Shown: one piece after another, positions 38,912 through 50,100 of the stretch | Layout of the letters: each line of letters begins with the position of its first letter | How positions within the stretch are numbered: the stretch's first letter is position 1 | Assembly: GCA_002269645.1 (NCBI GenBank) | Contig: NIVC01003980.1 | Location: 1 to 64,000, forward strand | DNA length: 64,000 bases | DNA from: Macrostomum lignano | Taxonomy: Eukaryota | Direction of reading: 5' to 3' | Program-made: the position numbers and the translations under genes | The notes under the pieces: generated by a model | Seen by the model: only the letters and a program-made list of their open reading frames with translations | Database searches by the model: none | What the model was told of the DNA's origin: nothing

Positions 38912-40359
38912 CAATAAGTTCCAATAAGCCTATTTGGGTTCGTATTAGCTTGAAATTCATTTTTTTAAAGTTGAATTTTTACCTTTTCGATCCATTGCTG
39001 CCTGACCGGATTGAAACTACACCATCAAAAGTATTGCTGCTGAAATTAAGATGAACTTAATTTAAGCTTGTGTTTGTTGAAACTGAATGCATGAGATTGT
39101 TGCAAGCATGAGTATATTTCAAAGTACAAATGTTCAATAATATTATTAGTCAAACAATCGGGTCTGCTTGAATTTCCTAAATGAAAGTCTTGAATTAAAC
39201 TTCAAAGCTATAAGAAAAAAGTGAAGTCCGAATCGATGTATTTTGTGCTAAAATGATAAGTTTTTATAGCCCATTAGTAGCTGAGTAAAAAAGCCGAGAT
39301 CGTTATTTTATTTCTTTGTTTTATGCCTAGAACGACAAAGAAGCTGAAATAAAAATTAAAATTTAATCTAACGCAAATATTCATAACAGATGGACTTAAA
39401 ACTTGACAATTTAAATTTAAATTTCGAAAGTATCACAAAATATTATTTGCATGGCAGTAACTGTCTTTTAATAAGATAATAAAAAAATGGTTGGAAAAAT
39501 TGATCAAAAATAAATCATGGCAATAAATAAATGATCCCTACAGCCTTAGGTTTATAGACGCATTTGCAACTAATGTCATCGTGCTGTCAGTGCAGTACTA
39601 CTTAGCAGCACACATATATATATTAACATTTTGTAAACGCGTAAATCCCTATAAAATCGAAAGTATTCCTTAAATTCTTACTTTTTACCTTTACCTCTAA
39701 ATCTATAGCGTTAATAAAATGTAAAAAATCTGGTGTCGGGTGATTGCAGATAAAAACGATTTGATCACAAGTTAAAATTGCTACTGTATAGTTAGTTATG
39801 ACAATTCTAAATAGATTTAATTAGTTTGCACAATTTAAGTTTAGCTTTTATTATAGAGCAGCTTAAAAGCGTGCACAACAAATTTTACTATATCTAGATA
39901 TTTTTAATGGAAATCTTTGTTTTAGTGCACGTAGCTTAAGCACAAATTTCAAGTTGATTTTTTCAGTGCGCGAAATTTTTGTAAATATGAACTTACTCTG
40001 CTTCCGTTTTAGTTATCCGTAGCCGTAGGCCTACTATAATCTCTACTACTGTCTTATCCGTCATATCTTTAAAATTTCTGTCAAGTGTTTTTTCGATTCC
40101 TTTTAAAAATATGCTGATTTAATCCCTACCAATAGAAGCTACAATTATAGATAGAAGCTAGGCCTACAGCTAAAGGGTACAGCTGACTGCTGAGCTACTG
40201 AGCTACTGAGGCGAGCCACTAAGCGGCTGAACCAGAGTGCAAGGCCCATCAGAAACCCATATACACGAAGCATTTGATATGCATGTCAAAATTATTAAGT
40301 ATAACTTCGGTTTACTGCGCTAAATTATTATCCTGATTTTTTATTAAACTTTCTAAAAA

Positions 40360-40816
40360 GGCAGTTGTTATTTGTCTGGTGACCGGACGAATAGCCTTTT
40401 TGCTATTTGTCCGGTTAAATTGCTAACACATATCTTATTTGTTTCGTGATGAATATTCTAGATTTTTAAGACCTTTTCTCATATACTGATTAATATTTTC
40501 TTATATTACTTGAGTGTAAGCAAAGCAGTGTATTTAATTCGGCATAATTTGGTGTAGGCCCTATAAGACACACACTAGTATAACAATATAATAATCAAGA
40601 CATGAGTAAGAAGTCTTTGAAGTCTAGTAATATTTACCCTTGTGGTTTTTATAAACTAGATATTTTAGCATTATCAATTTAACCGGACAAATAACAAAAT
40701 GTCTATTTGTACAGTATTAACCGGATGAATAGGAAAGCATGGTCAGGATCCAGTAACGTAACTGGACAAACAACCACATCGTTATTCGTCCGGTCACTGG
40801 ACAAATAACAACTGCC
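40360..40816. mobile_element. Mutator-type MITE (about 38-bp TIR, 9-bp TSD)
   Basis: TIR GGCAGTTGTTATTTGTC(T/C)(G/A)GTGACCGGACGAATA. Perfect 9-bp TSD TTCTAAAAA at 40351-40359 and 40817-40825. Confidence 0.88.
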
Positions 40817-42382
40817 TTCTAAAAATGTAAAACTGACAAGTAAGTCTAAGTCACAGACATTAGGTTCCGGCCAAAGTCGTCATATTTGAGATTGTCATCT
40901 ATGGCTTACGAGAAAAACAACTAAATTATCTAACTCGTCATTATCTCAGTATTGGACAATGCTGCATTCACTAAATTGTCATATTGTGTTGCATTGGCTG
41001 CAAAGGATCTTAGCTCATGGCAGCAGCATGTTCTTGTTTGCCAACAAATTAAAATGATTTATAGTATATAACTTAAGGCTTATTCAAACTACTATCAAAT
41101 GAGCCATCAAAATCTGTCAAATACAAAGGAATCAAAAAGAATATGAAATTTGCTTTTAACTTGGAACTAATTTTATTGCATCATCATGCCTAGCCTACTA
41201 AATGTCAGCTATACAGTGTAGGCCCTAGTTCATTTTTATCTTTGTGTTTTTACTTAATTGGCCGATAATTGATACTTACATATATATCAACAAATGAAAT
41301 ATAACTTAAACTTGCATTCCTTGCTACTGCAGAGTGTAGGCAGTTCTTTGCATAAATTAATTTTAAAATTTGTCATCTCTCTACTGTTTATTATATATTA
41401 GTCTCAGTAGTCATGCAGCAATCAGCATTAATTGACACAGTTAATATAAAAATTACAGGTGCATGCAAAGGATTTTTGCCTGAAGGTAGGAAAATCCTAA
41501 AGATCTAAATTAATACACCCTTGCCTTTGGTCAAAGTTATCATAGTTAAATGTTTAAATCTTCTAGATTTGTTCAAGTTGTCATCATCATATGACAATTT
41601 TGAATATGACAATTTTGGCTGCACCCCAGACATAAGGCCTAGTAAAGTCAACATCAACAAGTGACATAGGATAATAATCCAAAGCAGGAAAATAAAGCAG
41701 GTTGCTGAATTGCTAATCTGGAAATGCTGGAAAACAATCTTTAATGCAAGTTTAAAGCATATAAGACTATAAAGTATTTATGCAATGCCAGTTGCCAGAT
41801 ATTTAGATCGAGCCTAATTTAGAGCAAGAAACTGAAGTTATGCCAATTAGGCCCCTAACCGACTATTCATAATATATCACTCATTAATTTTTAGAAGACA
41901 TTGAATTCAAAAGTTTGTCTTTATTTTATCTTTATGCTTAATAAAGCTACATTGGTATAATAATAATATAGGCCTTTAAAAACTTATTTTAAAGTTATTA
42001 AATATAATAACATAATCTAAAATAAAAGTCACTTTAGAATTAGTATGAAAAAACAAAGCCTATCTTCTATTTAATTGCTAATGTTATATAGAGAAACTCC
42101 AATAAGATTTAAATACTAGTTTTTTATTTTTTTATTTGATCAAATTTTTATTTTCTTATATTTTCTTATTTGATCAATCTAGTTAAAACTTTTGTACTTT
42201 ATTTAAATTTTAAATATTCTTTTAATGCATTTTTGTCAGTTAGCTGGCACTGATAATCATTGCTTAAAAACTTGTTTTTTGGGGGCCTAGTGGTTTTGAC
42301 AAAACTTTTTATTTAATCATTTTTTTCCAATGGCAAATGTGTCTTTTTTAGCTTTTTTAACCCTTATCTAAAAGCCAAGAAA

Positions 42383-42723
42383 GGGGGCTGTATCCCAGTA
42401 GTAGCGTAGCTGCTCTGGTTGCTATGCTAGCAACCTAGGCTTGATTCCAAGTGCAGTCACATTAATTTGGGGCTGAATTGGAATCTTGGCTTGGCTCTGC
42501 TTATACAATTAACAGCCTTGAAAGCCAACCCCCTAAGGCACAGTGAAGTGTACATGCCTAACGATAAAATAAAGTTAGGGCTGCTGTACATTCTTGTGTG
42601 AATGTATGTCTATATATCTATGCACTTGTATACTTGCTCATGGTAGTTGGGGGAATAGGCAGTAATGTCTCTTGCCGGTTGTGTGTCTATGTCACTTAAA
42701 GGTCACTTAAAGTGTGCCAGGGT
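42383..42723 (+). mobile_element. tRNA-derived SINE family 2, C>T/G>A-decayed copy B
   Basis: Co-linear with the reverse complement of 36757-37072. Confidence 0.75.
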
Positions 42724-43421
42724 GCACATAACCCCCTTGCCTCTAATAAAAAAAGCCAAGAATCTAAGAAAGCCAAGATAACCAAAGCCTAATAATGCCT
42801 AAAAAGTCAATCTTAGACCTAACTAAAATATATAAAAAAGATTTTTATCTTTGTGTCTTAAATATATATTTAACATATTAAAAGTTTATTTTCTGATTCA
42901 AGGGCAATATAATAGACTTAAACTAGGCCTAATATTACTAACCAAATAAATATTATAAAACAAAAGATAGAAATCTAAATTAAATAGTTATCTAATTAAT
43001 CTAATTTGATTAATTATTTTTAGACAAATCCTAGTATATAAAGTTTACAATTGAAATGTAGAGTTATTTTAGTTTTTTGAAAGGTTTTAGAATTAAACAA
43101 AAAGCCTAAAAGGTAATACAATTGAAAATAAGATAAATAGTGTTATGATAATTAAAAGTTTATTAAAATAGAATAAACAATATTATTTATACTAGATTTA
43201 TAATTTTATAAAGACAAAAGCATTTTTGAATATGTCCAACAAATTCTTAGTACAATAAACCTAAGTAAACTCTTACTAAGAGTTTGTTGGACAGTGGACA
43301 CTTACTCTTCCTTGCTGATGAAAACTCTTAGCATAATAAATGAAAAAAAATTATAAGCATATTGTAGCTCATTTGAATAGATAATAAATAAAAACATTAA
43401 TAGTTTTAATGTACTGGAGCC

Positions 43422-43599
43422 TAGGGGCAGACCTAGTATTTTATTGAGGGGGGGGAGCAAGCCTCACATCTGGTCAGGCCAGAGCTGCAATTAGGGTACC
43501 ATGATACCAATACAGCATGATACCAATACATCTGAGGATTTTTTGGCTGAGCTAAGGGGGGCCATGGCCCTTTTGGCCCCCCCCCTTGGTCCACCCCTG
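43422..43599. mobile_element. hAT-type MITE with decayed TIRs and 8-bp TSD
   Basis: TIRs TAGGGGCAGACC and GGTCCACCCCTG (inferred consensus CAGGGGCGGACC). Flanks CTGGAGCC and TTAAAGCC. Confidence 0.7.
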
Positions 43600-44182
43600 T
43601 TAAAGCCTATCATACAGAGCTTTATAAGATATTCTTTAGTTTACCCATTATACCATGAATATATTTTTATTATAGTCTATCGTATTGTATTTAGCTTTAG
43701 TTTTGCATCTTAAATTTTAACAATAATTACAAAATTGGCACCCTGTTTTTTGCAAGTGAGATTTTACTTCAATTCAATTTTAATTTTATATTCAATTTTA
43801 GTTCTATAGAGATTTTTAGAATGCAAATCTTTTTTGAAATACCAATATTTTTTAAGAAATCTTGCAAATGCTTTTGACTTTGAAATCAAGATAGAGAAAG
43901 GTCACAAGACTGATTAATAATAAAAATTAGAGCTATTATTTCAAGTGTAGGAGAGGTAGATACAAAGATATTCTATTTTATTTTATAACATTTTGGCTGA
44001 TGTTAGTTAGCTCCTAAATAGAAAAAGTATTAAAATTTTATATAAAAATGTACAGCTCTTGCTTAAAATGCTAAAAAGAATGTAATAAATATAAAGGCAT
44101 ATAGATATGCTATAAATAAAACTTTAAAAAGGAAATAAAACTGTGCTTAGAGAATGCTCAACACTCGCCAATCTTTGATGCA

Positions 44183-47100
44183 ATGAACTTGCGGCCAGTG
44201 TGCCCCAATGGCCAGTACTTACCGCCGCAGTTTTATGCCGCCTCGGCGGCTGCAGCCGCAGCAGCTGGCGCCCCATTGCCCCTAGCAACAGTTGCTAGCA
44301 GCATCCCTGGCGGTCTAGTTGCCATGCCAACAGTGACAAGCGCTGCTGGTCTGCAGTATGTCATGCTGCCTCAGCAGCAGCAGCAACTGCAACAGCAGCA
44401 GCAACAACAGCTGATGCTTCAGCAAGCTCAGGCTGCGGCCGCTGCTGCCTCGCTGTACAACCCAGCTGGAGGACACGGGATGCTGACTAATCCCCTTCAT
44501 CAGCTGATGCTAGCCCAGGCCCAGCAGCAGCAGCAGCAACAGCAACAGCAGCAACAGTTTCTGCTAGCCCAGAACTACTATGCACAGCAGCTGGCTGCCG
44601 CAGCGGCAATCTCTCAGGCCCAACAGCAGCAGCAGCAGCAGCAGGCACTGCAGTTACAGCAGTTTCACCAGCTTCAGCAGCACCTGCAGGCGCAGCATCT
44701 GCTTCATCAGCATCATCTGCAGCAGCAGCAGCTGCATCAGCAGCGCAATCATCATTCGTCATCGTCAATGAAAGGCTACAGCGGAGGTCCTGGCACGCCC
44801 GGCCATGCGTCAGCCGTGTCCAGCGCAGTCACGACTCCCCGACCGCAGTCCTCCATTGACGTGGCCGGAGCTGCGGCCGCCACCGCTGCTGCTGCTTCTG
44901 CTGCGGCTTCGACTTCAACAGCAGCTGAGTTGCCGAGCTCCATCTCTGATGAGGACGGCTTAAAGTCCTCGCCGGAGCAGCAGCAGCAGCAGCAGTCTAC
45001 CAGATGGCAGCGGCTTGTAGATGAGAATGGATGCGTTTCGTATCGCAGGTAATTTATTAAATCATTTCTGTTATGCCTGCATATTCTATATATAATACCG
45101 AGCCTCTATTATTGAATTGGACTGTAAATCTGTCTATTTCTTTTGTATCTCCTTATCTCCGTTTATATTCATACTCCATAGAGACTAACTATACATTTTT
45201 TGAATAAATAATATCGTCTGTCTTTGTTTATCGGCTTGTTATTGCGTAAGTTCTTTTCTTTGGATAAACCAACTTGTAATTGTGTTGTTCATCTGTGCTT
45301 AGAGTAATAACATATGAGACAGATTATTATTATAAGTTATCTTCAAGTTGGCGCTAAAATTGATCTTGAATTTGGCGCTAAAATCAATCTTCTTTTGCGC
45401 TTAAGTCTATGTTAGTTTGGCGCTAAAGTTAATATTCAATTTGGCGCTTAAATTAATAATCTTTTGTTAGTATATGAGCCATATTTTCTTAACTTATCTA
45501 AATTCAAATGACGGTCGAATCAATTTAGGATTTTTTAAGTTGCTTTTTTCACTATTGTAGTCGCTACCGTCTACTGTTATGAGTAGGGCGGATAGCGCAG
45601 TGTTAGTTTTACTTTCAGGCATTTTAGGTTCACTCTCAGTCTCAAGGCTTTGGAACGGTAATGTTATAATTATTCTTTCATTTCCTGCAGCTCTTATAAT
45701 GGGCGCATTGGGGATCTGGGTGCATTGAGGATCTGGATGTATTAAGGATCTGGTGTATTGAGGATCTGGTGTATTGAGAATCTGGTGTATTGGGGATCTG
45801 AGTGCATTGAGGATCTGGGTGTATTGAGAATCTGGTGTATTGAGAATCTGGTGTATTAAGGATCTGGTGTATTGGGGATCTGGATGTATTGGGGATCTAG
45901 TGTATTGAGAATCTGGTGTATTGGGGATCTGGTGTATTGGGGATCTGGTGTATTGGGGATCTGGTGTATTGAGAATCTGGTGTATTGGGGATCTGGTGTA
46001 TTGGGGATCTGGTGTATTGGGGATCTGGTGTATTAAGGATCTGGTGTATTGGGGATCTGGTGTATTGAGAATCTGGTGTATTGGGGATCTGGTGTATTGA
46101 GAATCTGGTGTATTGGGGATCTGGTGTATTGAGAATCTGGTGTATTGAGAATCTGGTGTATTGAGAATCTGGTGTATTAAGGATCTGGTGTATTGGGGAT
46201 CTGGATGTATTGGGGATCTAGTGTATTGAGAATCTGGTGTATTGGGGATCTGGTGTATTGGGGATCTGGTGTATTAAGGATCTGGTGTATTGGGGATCTG
46301 GTGTATTGAGAATCTGGTGTATTGGGGATCTGGTGTATTGAGAATCTGGTGTATTGGGGATCTGGTGTATTGGGGATCTGGTGTATTGAGAATCTGGTGT
46401 ATTGGGGATCTGGTGTATTGAGAATCTGGTGTATTGGGGATCTGGTGTATTGGGGATCTGGTGTATTGAGAATCTGGTGTATTGGGGATCTGGTGTATTG
46501 GGGATCTGGTGTATTGAGAATCTGGTGTATTGGGGATCTGAGTGCATTGAGGATCTGGGTGTATTGAGAATCTGGTGTATTGGGGATCTGGTGCATTGGG
46601 GATCTGGTGTATTGGGGATCTGGTGTATTGAGAATCTGGTGTATTGAGAATCTGGTGTATTGGGGATCTGGTGTATTGGGGATCTGGTGTATTGAGAATC
46701 TGGTGTATTGGGGATCTGGTGTATTGGGGATCTGGTGTATTGGGGATCTGGTGTATTAAGGATCTGGTGTATTGGGGATCTGGTGCATTGGGGATCTGGT
46801 GTATTGGGGATCTGGTGTATTGAGAATCTGGTGTATTGGGGATCTGGTGTATTGGGGATCTGGTGTATTGAGAATCTGGTGTATTGGGGATCTGGTGTAT
46901 TGAGAATCTGGTGTATTGAGAATCTGGTGTATTGGGGATCTGGTGTATTGGGGATCTGGTGTATTGAGAATCTGGTGTATTGGGGATCTGGTGTATTGGG
47001 GATCTGGTGTATTGGGGATCTGGTGTATTAAGGATCTGGTGTATTGGGGATCTGGTGTATTGAGAATCTGGTGTATTGGGGATCTGGTGTATTGGGGATC

Positions 47101-50100
47101 TGGTGTATTGAGAATCTGGTGTATTGGGGATCTGGTGTATTGAGGATCTGGGTGTATTGGGGATCTGGTGTATTGAGAATCTGGTGTATTGGGGATCTGG
47201 TGTATTGAGGATCTGGGTGTATTGGGGATCTGGTGTATTGAGAATCTGGTGTATTGGGGATCTGGTGTATTGAGAATCTGGTGTATTGGGGATCTGGGTG
47301 TATTGAGAATCTGGTGTATTGGGGATCTGGTGTATTGGGGATCTGGTGTATTAAGGATCTGGTGTATTGGGGATCTGGTGTATTGAGAATCTGGTGTATT
47401 GGGGATCTGGTGTATTGGGGATCTGGTGTATTGAGAATCTGGTGTATTGGGGATCTGGTGTATTGAGAATCTGGTGTATTGGGGATCTGGTGTATTGGGG
47501 ATCTGGTGTATTGAGAATCTGGTGTATTGGGGATCTGGTGTATTGAGAATCTGGTGTATTGGGGATCTGGTGTATTGGGGATCTGGTGTATTGAGAATCT
47601 GGTGTATTGAGAATCTGGTGTATTGGGGATCTGGTGTATTGGGGATCTGGTGTATTGGGGATCTGGTGTATTAAGGATCTGGTGTATTGGGGATCTGGTG
47701 CATTGGGGATCTGGTGTATTGGGGATCTGGTGTATTGAGAATCTGGTGTATTGGGGATCTGGTGTATTGGGGATCTGGTGTATTGAGAATCTGGTGTATT
47801 GGGGATCTGGTGTATTGGGGATCTGGTGTATTGGGGATCTGGTGTATTGAGAATCTGGTGTATTGGGGATCTGGTGTATTGGGGATCTGGTGCATTGGGG
47901 ATCTGGTGCATTGGGGATCTGGTGTATTAAGGATCTGGTGTATTGGGGATCTGGTGTATTGAGAATCTGGTGTATTGGGGATCTGGTGTATTGGGGATCT
48001 GGTGTATTGAGAATCTGGTGTATTGGGGATCTGGTGTATTGGGGATCTGGTGTATTGGGGATCTGGTGTATTAAGGATCTGGTGTATTGGGGATCTGGTG
48101 TATTGAGAATCTGGTGTATTGGGGATCTGGTGTATTGGGGATCTGGTGTATTGAGAATCTGGTGTATTGGGGATCTGGTGTATTGAGGATCTGGGTGTAT
48201 TGGGGATCTGGTGTATTGAGAATCTGGTGTATTGGGGATCTGGTGTATTGAGGATCTGGGTGTATTGGGGATCTGGTGTATTGAGAATCTGGTGTATTGG
48301 GGATCTGGTGTATTGAGAATCTGGTGTATTGGGGATCTGGTGTATTGGGGATCTGGTGTATTAAGGATCTGGTGTATTGGGGATCTGGTGTATTGAGAAT
48401 CTGGTGTATTGGGGATCTGGTGTATTGGGGATCTGGTGTATTGAGAATCTGGTGTATTGGGGATCTGGTGTATTGAGAATCTGGTGTATTGGGGATCTGG
48501 TGTATTGGGGATCTGGTGTATTGAGAATCTGGTGTATTGGGGATCTGGTGTATTGAGAATCTGGTGTATTGGGGATCTGGTGTATTGGGGATCTGGTGTA
48601 TTGAGAATCTGGTGTATTGGGGATCTGGTGTATTGGGGATCTGGTGTATTGAGAATCTGGTGTATTGGGGATCTGAGTGCATTGAGGATCTGGGTGTATT
48701 GAGAATCTGGTGTATTGGGGATCTGGTGCATTGGGGATCTGGTGTATTGGGGATCTGGTGTATTGAGAATCTGGTGTATTGAGAATCTGGTGTATTGGGG
48801 ATCTGGTGTATTGGGGATCTGGTGTATTGAGAATCTGGTGTATTGGGGATCTGGTGTATTGGGGATCTGGTGTATTGGGGATCTGGTGTATTGAGAATCT
48901 GGTGTATTGAGAATCTGGTGTATTGGGGATCTGGTGTATTGGGGATCTGGTGCATTGGGGATCTGGTGCATTGGGGATCTGGGTGTATTGGGGATCTGGT
49001 GTATTGGGGATCTGGTGTATTGGGGATCTGGTGTATTGAGAATCTGGTGTATTGGGGATCTGGTGTATTGGGGATCTGGTGTATTGGGGATCTGGTGTAT
49101 TGGGGATCTGGTGTATTGAGAATCTGGTGTATTGGGGATCTGGTGTATTGAGGATCTGGGTGTATTGGGGATCTGGTGTATTGAGAATCTGGTGTATTGG
49201 GGATCTGGTGTATTGAGGATCTGGGTGTATTGGGGATCTGGTGTATTGAGAATCTGGTGTATTGGGGATCTGGTGTATTGGGGATCTGGTGTATTAAGGA
49301 TCTGGTGTATTGGGGATCTGGTGTATTGAGAATCTGGTGTATTGGGGATCTGGTGTATTGGGGATCTGGTGTATTGAGAATCTGGTGTATTGGGGATCTG
49401 GTGTATTGAGAATCTGGTGTATTGGGGATCTGGTGTATTGGGGATCTGGTGTATTGAGAATCTGGTGTATTGGGGATCTGGTGTATTGAGAATCTGGTGT
49501 ATTGGGGATCTGGTGTATTGGGGATCTGGTGTATTGAGAATCTGGTGTATTGGGGATCTGGTGTATTGGGGATCTGGTGTATTGAGAATCTGGTGTATTG
49601 GGGATCTGAGTGCATTGAGGATCTGGGTGTATTGAGAATCTGGTGTATTGGGGATCTGGTGCATTGGGGATCTGGTGTATTGGGGATCTGGTGTATTGAG
49701 AATCTGGTGTATTGGGGATCTGGTGTATTGGGGATCTGGTGTATTGAGAATCTGGTGTATTGGGGATCTGGTGTATTGGGGATCTGGTGTATTGGGGATC
49801 TGGTGTATTGAGAATCTGGTGTATTGAGAATCTGGTGTATTGGGGATCTGGTGTATTGGGGATCTGGTGCATTGGGGATCTGGTGCATTGGGGATCTGGG
49901 TGTATTGGGGATCTGGTGTATTGGGGATCTGGTGTATTGGGGATCTGGTGTATTGAGAATCTGGTGTATTGGGGATCTGGTGTATTGGGGATCTGGTGTA
50001 TTGGGGATCTGGTGTATTAAGGATCTGGTGTATTGGGGATCTGGTGCATTGGGGATCTGGTGTATTGGGGATCTGGTGTATTGAGAATCTGGTGTATTGG

